A stretch of DNA of 32,000 nucleotides from Okeania sp. (GCF_035285525.1 NZ_JAYKGW010000042.1:31669-63668), one strand, 5' to 3'. Shown: positions 1 through 10,360, counted from the first letter of the stretch. The notes: generated by a model not told the origin, from the sequence alone. Numbers and translations are program-made.

Positions 1-114
1 ATGAACAGTTTTAGCTTTGTCAGTCCACTACTTTTGTTAATAAAGCTTCTAACATCTAATTAATGACATACCCTAGAAATTTTTTTATCAATTCCTGATT
101 CTAGATTTGTAATA

Positions 115-146
115 ATTTAGAATTTAGAATTTAGAATTTAGAATTG
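115..146. repeat. STRR-like heptamer tandem repeat (ATTTAGA) x4
   Basis: Direct reading: atttagaatttagaatttagaatttagaatt. Confidence 0.9.
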
Positions 147-441
147 AAGCAACTATTAAGTTGGTGTGGTTCACAAATAATCTATATCCTTCCGACTTTC
201 CATAGACCTTTTAGCCTGAATGCTTATCTAGATTTTACAGCAAATTTTCAACATAAGAAGTACAAATATTAATGTTAAAACTCTTGTAATACAGCCTTCT
301 AGGCTGTCAAAATTGTACCTAAATAATATGCAATCTGCTGTATTATCTACTCCCGTAATTTCTGAAATGTTCTGATTGTTTATTTAAACTATTATTTTTC
401 CTTATTTTCATTCTAGCTCACTAATAAATAGAGCTTTTAAC

Positions 442-571
442 GTAAGCATTCAGATGTCAGCTATTGTTTTTAATTTGAGATAAAAGTTTTATTAATTAAC
501 GCCAAATTAAAACTTACTATAAAAGCTGAGTCTTATTGCTGTTAGATAACAGCTAATAAATGAATGCCGAC
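442..571. mobile_element. degenerate MITE-B-like element (GTAAGCATTCAG termini)
   Basis: The left end gtaagcattcagatgtcagctatt and the right end cagctaataaatgaatgccgac are imperfect inverted repeats. It contains the family-internal motif gagataaaagttttattaatt. Confidence 0.4.
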
Positions 572-600
572 CTTTCAAGTTTGCTTTTAGGTAATCAAAA

Positions 601-1827
601 TTGTCTAATATCTGGCTTTATTTTGTACCACCGATTGCAGGTGGAATTATTGGCTATTTCACTAATGATATAGCCATAAAAATGCTATTTCGTCCTTATC
701 GTCCCTATTATATTTTTAGACGAAAACTACCCTTTACTCCTGGTTTAATTCCTTCTAACCAAGAACGTTTAGCTAAACGAGTTGCTGATACAATTATGGG
801 TTCTTTGTTAACTCCTTCAGAGTTGCAAAACCTAGCACGTCGTTTATTACAAACTGAACGGATGGAAGCTGCTATTCTGTGGCTTTTACAAATGGCTTTA
901 GAGCAATTAAAAGTTGATACAAATACTAAAAGTATCAAGATTTTAGCGAATATTCTCCGTGATTTATTAGGTCAATCTTTACCACGACTTTTGAAAATTT
1001 GGGCAAAGAGAGAAGATTTTTTAGAACCTCAATTAAATCAAATTTTTGACCATATTTTGCTAGAGTTTCAACTAACAGAAATGCAGGCAGCTCAATTATC
1101 TGATTGGTTATTAAAAGTTGTTTTACCACCAGATGTATTGAGACAGACTTTAATTGATTTTTTGACAGATCAAAATATTTCTATTATTGATGAGGGTTTT
1201 CGTGAAAAAGCTAGTGGAACTTATTGGGTAGTAGCTAATTTATTTGGGTTGCGTAACACTTTAACTAGGTTAAGAACTTTTTGTTTAGATGAGAGAGAGC
1301 TAACGAATAAACGCTTAACGGAACTAATTACTGCATTGGGTGTTAGAGAAAGAATTAAAGAATGGTTACATAATCTTTCGATGCAAAATTTACCTGTTTC
1401 TACTGTACGTCAATTAAGAAATACTATGCGGGATAGTGTGCGTTTATATTTACATGACCATGGTGCTGATTTGATTCAAGCTTTAAGTTTATCTATAGAT
1501 TGGGAACATATTGCAGATTTAATTATTAATCGTTTACAAGCTTCTTCAATAATGAATAGTTCTCTAGAGTTAGTTAGTCAAGAATTAGCTTTGATTTTAG
1601 AGCGTTATTTGGAGCGAGATTTAGAAAATATTGTGGCTATGGCAATTCCTATTTTAAATATTGATCAAGTTATTATTAATAGAGTTAAAGCTACTTCTGC
1701 TCAGGATTTAGAAGTTGCTATTAATGTAATTGTTAAAAATGAGTTGCAAGCTATTGTTAATTTGGGTGGAGTTTTAGGTGTTTTTGTTGGTTTGTTACAG
1801 ACAGTTATTTTGTTTTTACAAAAGTAA
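601..1827 (+). CDS. DUF445-family (YheB-like) membrane protein
   Basis: 408-aa ORF with a TTG start at 601; the first in-frame ATG would delete the conserved N-terminus. The N-terminal [23 protein letters not shown] and the C-terminal hydrophobic helix [19 protein letters not shown] match my recollection of DUF445 proteins. Family call is by recognition only. Confidence 0.8.
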   Translation: MSNIWLYFVPPIAGGIIGYFTNDIAIKMLFRPYRPYYIFRRKLPFTPGLIPSNQERLAKRVADTIMGSLLTPSELQNLARRLLQTERMEAAILWLLQMALEQLKVDTNTKSIKILANILRDLLGQSLPRLLKIWAKREDFLEPQLNQIFDHILLEFQLTEMQAAQLSDWLLKVVLPPDVLRQTLIDFLTDQNISIIDEGFREKASGTYWVVANLFGLRNTLTRLRTFCLDERELTNKRLTELITALGVRERIKEWLHNLSMQNLPVSTVRQLRNTMRDSVRLYLHDHGADLIQALSLSIDWEHIADLIINRLQASSIMNSSLELVSQELALILERYLERDLENIVAMAIPILNIDQVIINRVKATSAQDLEVAINVIVKNELQAIVNLGGVLGVFVGLLQTVILFLQK

Positions 1828-1940
1828 TATTGTGTTGATAGAATTTGGTGGCGTACAGAATTTTTCGATTCTTAGAAAGGTAAGCAATATCGAGAGATTA
1901 GAGATTTTAGATCAAATTTTAAAACTGTTGCGTAATAGTT

Positions 1941-2098
1941 ATATCAAATCCGGTAGTATCGGTAGAATTGATTTCCTGTAGGGGTTTGGTCTCCAATTTT
2001 TCGGGAACCGTACCCTCTACATACCGGGGGTTTGCCCAATCCTGATGGTAAACCTTATTCTCCAATTTCTTGGGAACCGTAGAAATCGGATTTGATAT
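1941..2098 (+). mobile_element. MITE-A (12-bp TIR ATATCAAATCCG)
   Basis: It has perfect terminal inverted repeats atatcaaatccg...cggatttgatat. A second copy, similar along its whole length, lies inverted at 22852-22994. Confidence 0.75.
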
Positions 2099-2187
2099 TA
2101 CAGCAGATTCTATTTTTGTGGGGTACATCCATTGAGAGGATTTAATGATTAAATCTATACTTCAATATACTTGGAATCTGCTTTAAG

Positions 2188-2330
2188 TTAATTCAAAATT
2201 CAACTTAATTTAGAAGTATTATTTAGACATTTCATCTCTAACCTCAAAACTGTTGCGCAATAGTTATAGTTTCTGATTAATTCAAAATTCAACTTAATTT
2301 AGAAGCGTTATTCAGACATTTTATCTACTC
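2188..2330 (+). repeat. ~53-bp direct repeat pair, period 89 bp
   Basis: ttaattcaaaattcaacttaatttagaag...agacattt.atct occurs at 2188 and again at 2277. Confidence 0.7.
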
Positions 2331-2382
2331 TTTTCCCGGCACAAGATTATAATTAGTAGTAGATTTATTTCTGAAAACACTG

Positions 2383-2424
2383 ATAACTCATAACTCATAA
2401 CTCATAACTCATAACTCATAACTG
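2383..2424 (+). repeat. heptamer tandem repeat (ATAACTC) x5 plus variant, ending 2 nt before the ATG at 2427
   Basis: Direct reading: ataactc x5, then ataactg aa ATG. Confidence 0.9.
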
Positions 2425-2426
2425 AA

Positions 2427-2690
2427 ATGGCAACTCCAAACTCAAACAAATCTACTCCTAAAACTAAACTCGATCCAGAAAAATATGCTCGTCTCAAAGC
2501 TGAACTAGATGCACCTTATCGAGGATTTAGAAAATTTATCTATGTAACTTTTGGAGCTTCTGGTTTTATTGGAGCTTTTATTTCTTTTGCCAAAATTATT
2601 GCTGGTCAAAATATTGATTCTGCTCTTCCTAATTTTGCCTTACAACTTGGAATTATCGCTTTGATGATTTGGTTGTTTCGTTTAGAATAA
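2427..2690 (+). CDS. small conserved membrane protein, probably DUF3493 (LPA1/Rep27 C-terminal-like) family
   Basis: 87-aa ORF whose ATG directly follows a heptamer repeat. LDAPYRGFRKFIY is followed by two hydrophobic helices, a pattern I associate with a cyanobacterial/plastid small-protein family. Family call is tentative. Confidence 0.7.
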   Translation: MATPNSNKSTPKTKLDPEKYARLKAELDAPYRGFRKFIYVTFGASGFIGAFISFAKIIAGQNIDSALPNFALQLGIIALMIWLFRLE

Positions 2691-2722
2691 CTATCTGGGG
2701 TTTTAAATATAGCACTACTTAT

Positions 2723-3021
2723 GGTTGGCTGAAAAAGTCTTTTTCCGAAGGTAGGGAACACTTAACTGTTTAAACTATCTGCTACGGTCAAGTTTTCTGA
2801 GGGACAATAAACGAAAAACAAGATATGTCAAAAATTTACCATTTTGACTTTTGATTTATACCAGTTTGATACATGTTTACTACGAATCCCTCTATACCTA
2901 TTCCCAGTTAAGTGTTCCCTGTTCCCTATTCCCAGTTAAGTGTTCCCTGTTCCCTGCAATATACGAATCCCTATTCCCTCCATACCTATTCCCAGTTAAG
3001 TGTTCCCAGTTAAGTGTTCCC
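2723..3021 (+). mobile_element. R2 family copy 1: MITE-like unit with perfect 15-bp inverted termini, plus three extra tandem copies of the right terminus
   Basis: gggaacacttaactg (2754-2768) is the exact reverse complement of cagttaagtgttccc (2905-2919). tcccagttaagtgttccc recurs at 2930, 2990 and 3004. The internal sequence matches copies at 8003, 8223 and 10977. Confidence 0.7.
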
Positions 3022-3245
3022 TGTTCTCTAGCAATAAAAGTTGACATTTAGCAACAAGTCTATATATTTGGCCACAAAAATATAAAAAATAAAGAAAATA
3101 TTACGAAATCAATGATCCCTATCAAGTTATTGTCAAATATTATGTATAAATCAATTGAGGTCAGCTAATATAAAGACCTTAAACTTTAATTGGGGTTAGC
3201 TTATATATAAACCCTAAACATAATAAAAAACCAATTTTCAACACC

Positions 3246-3283
3246 AAAATGCCTAGTTCTAAACTTATAGAACTAGGCATTTT
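3246..3283 (-). terminator. strong hairpin, likely intrinsic terminator ending the infB-downstream transcript (bidirectional shape)
   Basis: aaaatgcctagttct / agaactaggcatttt form a perfect 15-bp stem with an 8-nt loop, and T/A runs lie on both sides. Confidence 0.6.
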
Positions 3284-3375
3284 GTCATTTACTACTCTTT
3301 TATATCTTGATTGTTAATCCTAACAAAAGAATTTCAGAAATAAACTAGAAAATTGTATCTTATTTGACTGTTTTT

Positions 3376-3606
3376 TTAGTAAGCTAGTGTTTCTAGAGTT
3401 TCTCTTAAATACAAACTAACTTGTTTATCTAAAGGAATATTTTGCTCCTCATTACTATTAACTTTACGTTCTAATTGCCATCTCTGAAAACCTGAAGTTA
3501 AAGCGATCGCCTGCTTCAAACTATCCCAAGTTTCAAGTTCTGGTTCATTCTTGGCAATTACCTGAACTGAACTATTATTCCAAGAAGTAGCATTAAAATT
3601 ATTCAT
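3376..3606 (-). CDS. hypothetical protein (76 aa)
   Basis: ORF about 190 bp downstream of infB on the same strand. It contains an in-frame HIP1 site and is followed about 90 bp later by a strong hairpin. Only a weak SD (AGGT) and no recognisable motif. Confidence 0.45.
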   Translation of the reverse strand: MNNFNATSWNNSSVQVIAKNEPELETWDSLKQAIALTSGFQRWQLERKVNSNEEQNIPLDKQVSLYLRETLETLAY

Positions 3607-3797
3607 AACATTTACCTAATTTACAAAGGACAAACTTTTAGTGCTGCAGTTGCTGATATTTTAGCTCTCTTTTTAAAGATAACTCACTAAACATAAATCA
3701 GGCATTCTTATGAGACTATATTTGTCACCAAATCTTGACTTTCAGAAATCATAAACACTACTTTAACTTGATATAACCCCCCCTAATACTCACGACT

Positions 3798-6700
3798 TTA
3801 AACAGATAATTTCCGACGCTTAGTTACCATCTGATAACCCTCAATTATGTCACCTTCATTCCAATCATTAAAATTGTCAAAACTGATACCACATTCATAA
3901 CCGGCATTTACCTCCTTAACATCATCCTTCATACGTCTGAGAGAGTCCAATATACCTTCATATATAACCTCTCCATTTCGACGAACTCTTACCTTACAAT
4001 TACGGATCACCTTACCAGATAAAACATAACAACCTGCAACAGCACCACGGCCAATGGCAAACACAGCTCGAACTTCCACCTCACCTAATGGCTCTTCTAT
4101 CAGCTCAGGATCTAACAGACCTTCCATTGCCCCTTGGACATCATCCAAAAGTTTGTAGATCACATCATACTCTCTCACATCTACTCCAGCTTCATCCGCT
4201 GCTTGACGCGCTCCCGATGCCATAGTCGTATTAAAACCAATAATCACAGCCTCACTAGCTGCTGCTAAATCAATATCTGTTTCCGTAACTTCTCCAGCTC
4301 CAGATAACAGCAACCTTAACTGCACCTCCTTCTGAGGTAACTGTCGTAAAGCTGCAACAATAGCCTCTATCGAACCTTGAACATCCCCTTTGAGAATCAA
4401 GTTCAACTCCTTCAGTTCTCCTTCCTGGGCACGAGCTGAAACAGCACCCAAACTGGTGCGACGCATAATCCGCGATTCTCGTTTCGCATCTGCTCTTTCT
4501 CCTGTAATAGCCGAAGCTTCCTTTTCACTCTCAAACACTTCAAACTCATCACCAGCTTGAGGGACATCTCTCAGACCCAGAACCTCCACCGCAAAAGATG
4601 GACTAGCCTTCTCCACTCGAGCGCCCCGGTCATCAATCATGGCCCGTACCTTTCCATAAACTGAGCCAGCAACTACAATGTCCCCTACTTTCAAAGTCCC
4701 ATTTTGGACCAATAAAGTAGCTACTGGACCTCTAGCCTTATCCAAATTAGCTTCAATCACCGTACCTTTAGCCAAACGTTCTGGATTCGCATTTAAGTCT
4801 TCTACCTCTGATACCAGCAAAATCATTTCCAGTAAAGTGTCCAAATTTTGCTTCTTAATCGCACTAACTGGAACCATAATGGCATCCCCACCCCATTCTT
4901 CAGGTACTAAACCATGTTCCATCAATTCTTGTTTCACACGGTCTGGGTTAGCCTCTTCCTTATCAATTTTATTAATTGCTACTATCAGAGGTACTTCCGC
5001 AGCTTTAGCATGACTAATAGCTTCTATAGTTTGTGGTTGTACCCCATCATCCGCAGCTACCACCAAAATAGCCACATCCGTAACTCTTGCCCCCCTAGCT
5101 CGCATGGCCGTAAAAGCTTCGTGACCAGGAGTATCTAAAAATACCACTTGTTGGGTTTGGCCTTCATGTTCCACATCAACATGGTAAGCTCCTATATGCT
5201 GGGTAATACCACCTGCTTCCCCTGCTGCCACTTTAGTTGCCCGAATTGAATCTAGGAGACTCGTTTTTCCATGATCCACATGCCCCATAATTGTTACAAC
5301 TGGAGGACGACGTTGCAGAAGTTCCATATCTGCATCTTCTAGCATTTCCGTTTTCTTAGCTGCTGACTGCTCTTCTAGAATTTCTATGGGTATTCCTTCT
5401 TCTTGTACTACCATTTCTATAGTAGGAATATCTAAGCTTTCGGTTATATTCACCGCAATACCTTTCATAAATAGTCTTTTGACAACTTCTGTATCAGGTA
5501 CTGCTAAAGCTAAAGCTAATTCCTGGACTGTCATTGAGCCATTAATGACTAACTTTTCTACAGGTTTTGGTTCAGTTGGTTGAGCTGGTTCACTACTTTC
5601 GGTCTTAACAGATTCACGGGATTGACTAGATCTCTTTTTAAGGGAAGTATTACTATTAGACTGGGGCTTATTTTCGGCAAAACTTTTTGGTTTGGCTGGC
5701 CGAGCTAGAGATAAACTCATTGTGACTGGCGCAGGCTTATTTAAAAGCTCTTCTAATTCCTCATCTTCATCTTCCATTACAGGTTTGGGACGAAGACGTT
5801 TTGCCTTAGCGGTAGATTTAGCAGCATTTTTCTGAACAATTTCGGATGGGTCTTCTTCTTCTTCTTCCCACTTTGAACCTTTCTTTGATTTAGGTAAAGT
5901 TGGTTTATTTGGAGCTATTGCTTTTCGTCTTGGTTTTTCTAAATCAAAATTTACAGTTTCTACAATGTTACCTTCCTGCTCTTTCTGTTCCACATCCAAA
6001 AAAATATCTGTTGATTCTTCTGTAACAGATGTTGTTAGTTTCGGTTTTGGTGCAAGTTGAGGTTTCTTTTCTTGTACTAGCTTTAGTTTAACTGTAGGTT
6101 TCTCTCTATTTTTCGGCTTTAGTTGAGGAGAAGTTTCAGATACTGGAGAAGGTTTTCTGGGACTCTCTTTATCTTTCTGAGGAGTATCTTTGATATTTTC
6201 TCTATCTTTCTGAGGAGTATCCTTGTTATCTTTTTTAGATACAAATGGCTGTTTTTCAGTAGTTTTTTCTTCTCTATCTTTTCTTTTTTTACCTTCTGGC
6301 TTTGGTTTTTTATTTTTTGGGCTAGGCTTAACAATGTTAGTATTTCGTGGACTCCGATTTAAGCTAGGGGGAGCTGGTCTAGCTGGTGGAGCTACTAACT
6401 TTGGTACTTCTACTGTTTCTTTTTCAACCGCAGTATTTTCCCTATTTAATGGTTTATTCGGTTGTTTGAGCTGAGAATTATTGCCTACTTCCCTATCTTT
6501 TTGAGTAGCAGTATTATCTTTACTATCTTTGTTTAATGGTTTATTCGGTTGTTTGAGCTGAGAATTATTGTCTGTTTCTAATCCAGATTGATCTTTTGCT
6601 GGCTCTGACTTGAGGGCAGAATTTGGCCTTTGTCTATTGACTGACTCAAGTTGTTTGTCTAAAACTGAAGTATTTGGAGGAGTTGCCACTAAATTTTTAT

Positions 6701-7025
6701 CTATTTTGCTGGAATTTTTTGATTGAGATTTTTCTGATAATCGCTTAGGTTTGCGTATTTCTAGTATTTCTTGTTTTTTTTGTTCGTTATTTTTTGAACT
6801 TAAATCTGATGAGTGAGAGTTACTCTTTTCTGGAGCAGCAGACTTACTAGGAGAGTGGGGTAAGTTTTCTGCTGTGGTGCGAATTAGTTCTGCTTCTGAT
6901 TCTGTAATAGTGCTACTATGACTCTTGGCTGATATGTTGAGCCTTTGACAAGCTGCTAATATATCCTTGTTTTCCAAATTTAATTCCTTTGATAATTCGT
7001 AAATTCTTACTTTTCCATTGTTCAT
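3798..7025 (-). CDS. infB: translation initiation factor IF-2
   Basis: 1075-aa ORF with G-domain motifs [20 protein letters not shown] and NKID. It has a long K/P/S/E-rich N-terminal region and lies downstream of nusA-ylxR. Confidence 0.97.
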   Translation of the reverse strand: MNNGKVRIYELSKELNLENKDILAACQRLNISAKSHSSTITESEAELIRTTAENLPHSPSKSAAPEKSNSHSSDLSSKNNEQKKQEILEIRKPKRLSEKSQSKNSSKIDKNLVATPPNTSVLDKQLESVNRQRPNSALKSEPAKDQSGLETDNNSQLKQPNKPLNKDSKDNTATQKDREVGNNSQLKQPNKPLNRENTAVEKETVEVPKLVAPPARPAPPSLNRSPRNTNIVKPSPKNKKPKPEGKKRKDREEKTTEKQPFVSKKDNKDTPQKDRENIKDTPQKDKESPRKPSPVSETSPQLKPKNREKPTVKLKLVQEKKPQLAPKPKLTTSVTEESTDIFLDVEQKEQEGNIVETVNFDLEKPRRKAIAPNKPTLPKSKKGSKWEEEEEDPSEIVQKNAAKSTAKAKRLRPKPVMEDEDEELEELLNKPAPVTMSLSLARPAKPKSFAENKPQSNSNTSLKKRSSQSRESVKTESSEPAQPTEPKPVEKLVINGSMTVQELALALAVPDTEVVKRLFMKGIAVNITESLDIPTIEMVVQEEGIPIEILEEQSAAKKTEMLEDADMELLQRRPPVVTIMGHVDHGKTSLLDSIRATKVAAGEAGGITQHIGAYHVDVEHEGQTQQVVFLDTPGHEAFTAMRARGARVTDVAILVVAADDGVQPQTIEAISHAKAAEVPLIVAINKIDKEEANPDRVKQELMEHGLVPEEWGGDAIMVPVSAIKKQNLDTLLEMILLVSEVEDLNANPERLAKGTVIEANLDKARGPVATLLVQNGTLKVGDIVVAGSVYGKVRAMIDDRGARVEKASPSFAVEVLGLRDVPQAGDEFEVFESEKEASAITGERADAKRESRIMRRTSLGAVSARAQEGELKELNLILKGDVQGSIEAIVAALRQLPQKEVQLRLLLSGAGEVTETDIDLAAASEAVIIGFNTTMASGARQAADEAGVDVREYDVIYKLLDDVQGAMEGLLDPELIEEPLGEVEVRAVFAIGRGAVAGCYVLSGKVIRNCKVRVRRNGEVIYEGILDSLRRMKDDVKEVNAGYECGISFDNFNDWNEGDIIEGYQMVTKRRKLSV
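6445..6570 (-). repeat. in-frame 87-bp tandem duplication inside the infB N-terminal region
   Basis: An identical 39-nt core tttaatggtttattcggttgtttgagctgagaattattg lies at 6445 and 6532, encoding [13 protein letters not shown] twice. A second 33-bp duplication lies at 6171/6204 (KDTPQKD twice). Confidence 0.85.
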
Positions 7026-7429
7026 CCACTCTACCCTCTCTTTAAGATATTTATTTTTACATTGCCATAATCTTTGATTTAAGGACTACACTACAATCAT
7101 ACTAGATTTATGTTCAGTTTTGTTGCTGACCAAGTTTTTTTTTCAAGTTTTAACCAAGAAGTTTCTTCCCTTGGGATTAATTGCTTGGTAAGTTGACATA
7201 GTATTAAGATTTTATATAGCTAATCATTATTTTAGATATAGAAGTTAGTATTGCAGAATAATTAATCTATAGCAATCCTAAAAGACTAACCACAAATTTA
7301 ACCAAACCAATCAAGTCGCTTAAATGTTTAGTCCAGCCCACTTTTTTAAGTAAACGTCCCGATCAGTAACAATAGGTCGTATGGGTGCGGCCAGTTCCGA
7401 CCTAAGAGTGTTTGGCGTTAAACAGGTGA

Positions 7430-7448
7430 CTCCTGACTTCTGACTCCT
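7430..7448. repeat. heptamer repeat (TGACT[C/T]C); second copy at 7655-7673
   Basis: ctcctgacttctgactcct occurs identically at both positions in the ylxR-infB spacer. Confidence 0.85.
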
Positions 7449-7719
7449 CATTTACATATTTTATGTAGAAGGGACGGAACAATGTCCAAATATTTGAGAT
7501 ATTTTGGAGGTTAATTAATTAGCCTACAAAATATCCTCCCTAATATTTTAGGAAATAAAGACAATTACTCGTTTTAAGCACATTTTTTATTTTTTATAGG
7601 GGATAAAATATCCCACTAGCTTCTCACTCATGCTTCATACCTCATCCCTCATTTCTCCTGACTTCTGACTCCTAACTTCCTTCGTTAAGATTGATACCAG
7701 AAGCACTTTATTAAAAAGT

Positions 7720-7986
7720 TTAAGTAACTGTGGGTGATGAATTTTTCAATCTTTGCCATAGTGAATCGTATATTCCTTTGGATACATAAGCTTTAAGTGA
7801 ACGGCCTAACTTATTTTTTTGATCAGCAATTTTCAGACATTCTTCTTGCGGACAAATGTAAGCTGAACGACCTTCTCCGTGATCTAATTCAATAGTGTCA
7901 GATTTTTGGCTCCGAACAACTCGCCAAAATTCTTCTTTAGGAGCGAGTTTTTTGCAACTAACACACCGACGGTAATTTTGTTTCAT
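7720..7986 (-). CDS. ylxR: YlxR/DUF448 family RNA-binding protein
   Basis: 88-aa ORF with the RRCVSCKKLAPKEEFWRVV signature. It lies between nusA and infB, as in the conserved operon. Confidence 0.9.
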   Translation of the reverse strand: MKQNYRRCVSCKKLAPKEEFWRVVRSQKSDTIELDHGEGRSAYICPQEECLKIADQKNKLGRSLKAYVSKGIYDSLWQRLKNSSPTVT

Positions 7987-8002
7987 TTCGGATGTATTTT
8001 TT

Positions 8003-8130
8003 AGTTAGGGTTTGCTGAAAAAATCTGATGGTGGAGGTAGGGAACAGGGAACACTCAACTGGGAAAAGTTTAGAGTATCTGCTACGGACAAATTTTCTGA
8101 TTGTAAGTAACAAAACTCTACCATTTTGAA
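8003..8130 (+). repeat. R2 family copy 2
   Basis: It reads ttagggtttgctgaaaaa...gggaacactcaactgggaaaagtttagagtatctgctacggacaaattttctga...aaaactctaccattttgaa. This aligns with 2723-2848, 8223-8339 and the reverse complement of 10977-11060. Confidence 0.8.
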
Positions 8131-8222
8131 ACGACAACAACGAAAAACTAGGTACTTTTTTAGGACTTAAAAAGGCTCAAACTTTTAGTTTTCAATGATT
8201 TTATATTTATTCAGCAGACCCT

Positions 8223-8339
8223 AGTTAGGGTTTGCTGAAAAAGAGTTAAGGAACACTTAACTGGGAACAGGGAACAGCTTAGACTATTTGTTACAGCAAA
8301 ATTTTTTGATAGTCAAGGTCAAAATTTTATTATTTTGAG
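8223..8339 (+). repeat. R2 family copy 3
   Basis: Same architecture as copy 2, lying 220 bp further on in the nusA-ylxR spacer. Confidence 0.8.
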
Positions 8340-8390
8340 ACCAATAGTCAAAATTGTAAATCTTAAATCTGCTTCATTATTTCTCCCTAC

Positions 8391-9737
8391 TCATTCATTA
8401 CTTTCTACTTCATCTTTTGTAGAGATATCTAGAGGATGTTCATTTTCATCTTCATCAACTTCTAAAGAATCATTTAACTCCTCAAAATTTTCCTCAATAT
8501 TTTCTGTTATTTCTAACTCTGGTTCCTCAGTTTCATTTTCTTCTTGTTCTGCTAATGCTTGACGATGAGATACTTCAGCTGCAACTTTGCTATCTTCCTC
8601 AGCATGGTCATATCTATGCGTGTCCTTAATATCAATTTTCCACCCTGTCAGACGAGCTGCCAAACGCACATTTTGGCCTTCCTTACCGATCGCTAAACTA
8701 AGTTGGTCCTCAGAAACCAAAATATGAGACCTCCTTTCCTCTGGATCGACCAAACGAACTTCATCTACCCTAGCGGGACTAAGAGAATTAGCAATATATA
8801 TAGAAGGATCTGGAGACCAGCGAATTACATCTATTTTTTCACCCCTCAATTCATTGACCACTACCTGTATTCTGGAACCCCTAGCACCAATGCAAGCTCC
8901 CACAGGGTCTACATCTCTTTCTAGAGTATCAACTGCAATTTTAGTCCGGGGGCCAACGTGTCGGGATGGTGGATTGGCCTCTCTGGCAACTGCCACAATT
9001 CTCACTATTTCATCTTCAATTTCTGGGACTTCATTTTCAAATAAATAAACCACTAAGGCTGCATCTGCTCTGGACACAAGTAACTGAGGCCCACGAGTTG
9101 AGCCTTCGCATACCCGCTTCAGATAAACTTTGAAAGTTGCATTAGCACGATAATTGTCGTTAGGTAATTGTTCTTTTTTTGGCAGTTCAGCTTCTACTTC
9201 TGGTCTCCCAAAACCACTACTTACTGCTAGGATAACTGACTGTTTTTCAAATCTCAAAACTTTGGCTTGAAGAACTTCTCCTTCTAAGTCTTGAAATTCT
9301 TCTTGAATCATTTTTCGTTGTTGATCTCGTAATTTTTGAGCTAATACTTGTTTAGTTTGTATAGCTGCCATGCGACCAAATTCATTTTTATCTGGTGTCA
9401 CATCCAAGAAAACTGTATCATTTAACTGAGCTTCTGAAGCTACTTCTAGAACTTCATTCAGAGCTATATGATGATCTGGATTAGTTACTTCTTCAACAAT
9501 GGTTTTAGTGGCTAATATTCGATAACCTTCTTCTTCAATATCTAACTCTACTTCAAAGTTATCAAAATAATCATCTGTGAAATTAATTCCATCTATACGT
9601 TGAGTGCGTCGGTAGCGTTCATATCCTTTTAATAAGGCTTCTCGTAAAGCAGCTTGAACTGCGTTTTTTGGTAAATTACGTTCTTTACTAATATTTTCAA
9701 TTAACCCTCTCAGTCCAGGCAAACTAACCATTGACAT
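8391..9737 (-). CDS. nusA: transcription termination/antitermination factor NusA
   Basis: 448-aa ORF with an S1-like segment, two KH GXXG motifs (GACIGARGSRIQ, LAIGKEGQNVRLA) and an acidic C-terminal tail. It follows rimP. Confidence 0.97.
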   Translation of the reverse strand: MSMVSLPGLRGLIENISKERNLPKNAVQAALREALLKGYERYRRTQRIDGINFTDDYFDNFEVELDIEEEGYRILATKTIVEEVTNPDHHIALNEVLEVASEAQLNDTVFLDVTPDKNEFGRMAAIQTKQVLAQKLRDQQRKMIQEEFQDLEGEVLQAKVLRFEKQSVILAVSSGFGRPEVEAELPKKEQLPNDNYRANATFKVYLKRVCEGSTRGPQLLVSRADAALVVYLFENEVPEIEDEIVRIVAVAREANPPSRHVGPRTKIAVDTLERDVDPVGACIGARGSRIQVVVNELRGEKIDVIRWSPDPSIYIANSLSPARVDEVRLVDPEERRSHILVSEDQLSLAIGKEGQNVRLAARLTGWKIDIKDTHRYDHAEEDSKVAAEVSHRQALAEQEENETEEPELEITENIEENFEELNDSLEVDEDENEHPLDISTKDEVESNE

Positions 9738-9776
9738 AATAATTATTTCTCCTTGAAATTTTTATAAATAAAATAA

Positions 9777-9802
9777 GTCAGCATTCAGTAGGAAATGCTT
9801 AC
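9777..9802. repeat. 26-nt compact hairpin element (GT.AGCATT-N7-AAATGCTTAC)
   Basis: gtcagcattcagtaggaaatgcttac. Related copies lie at 15325-15351, 21697-21740, 29221-29244 and 29726-29760. Confidence 0.6.
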
Positions 9803-9988
9803 TCAAATAATAGTTATTGAAGCGACTTGGTTTGAATTTTTGTCATATTAAATTATTAATAATTTAGGTATTCAAGCCCAGTATTTTTGTTTTTTTTGAG
9901 AGCATATATATTGAAATTTATTTCAGTTATCAGTTAAGCTGTTGTACATTTAAACCCAATATTTTTTCTGTGTCTAATTAATAAAAAA

Positions 9989-10166
9989 GTAAGCATTCAG
10001 TCATCAGCTAGAAGGAGGGATTAGTCTTCAAGAAGAATTAAAAGTCAGATCCGAAAAATATCATCAGCTAAGTTTAGTAAGTTATTACTTTCATGTATTT
10101 TTTGGTGCAGGATAATCCAGGAAAAGCTGTTGGCGCAGCATTCCGGAGGTGGAGCTGAATGTTAAT
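9989..10166. mobile_element. degenerate MITE-B-like element
   Basis: Left end gtaagcattcagtcatcagc; right end gctgaatgttaa (about 10/13 inverted match). Confidence 0.45.
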
Positions 10167-10267
10167 AGTTGAATTATTACATAAAAAAACCTTTTTTAAT
10201 TATGAATTATGCTTTGCTAAAACACATTTTAAATGGGTTTTACCTGACACAAATTTTATTTATGAGC

Positions 10268-10360
10268 GGAAAATCAAGGTATAATGCCTCTCCTTTTAAG
10301 AATAAAAAAAGAATATTTTCTTATTTTAAATCCTCTGGTTAAAATCCAGAGGTAATTATC
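10268..10360 (+). repeat. two-hairpin element, type 2, copy E
   Basis: aaaatcaaggtataatgcc, then a weak hairpin, an A-run and the perfect hairpin cctctgg-ttaaaat-ccagagg (10332-10352). It contains TATAAT at 10280-10285. Confidence 0.65.

Noticed and set aside
1778-2128. ORFs 1778-1981(+) and 1919-2128(-)
   Set aside because: Both run through MITE-A (1941-2098) and its flanking repeats, and the first overlaps the 3' end of the DUF445 gene. Neither has motifs or a start context.
4678-6474. Plus-strand ORFs inside infB (4678-5013, 4914-5138, 5386-5583, 6123-6362, 6223-6474) and the out-of-frame minus-strand ORF 6119-6334
   Set aside because: These are antisense or out-of-frame shadow ORFs within a confidently identified gene. 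Their products are low-complexity and have no start context.
7374-7403. Group II intron domain V-like hairpin
   Set aside because: The stem-bulge-stem shape is superficially similar. However, the length (30 versus 34 nt), the absence of the AGC triad context and the loop do not fit, and no other intron domains or an RT ORF are nearby.
7958-8140. ORFs 2851-3051(+), 7958-8140(-) and 10838-11077(+), which encode similar peptides (…RKF.RSRYSKLFPV.CSLFP…)
   Set aside because: The similarity comes from translating copies of the R2 repeat and the adjacent GGGAACA heptamers. The ORFs use different strands and frames relative to the element, have no SD, and the nucleotide-level repeat explains everything.
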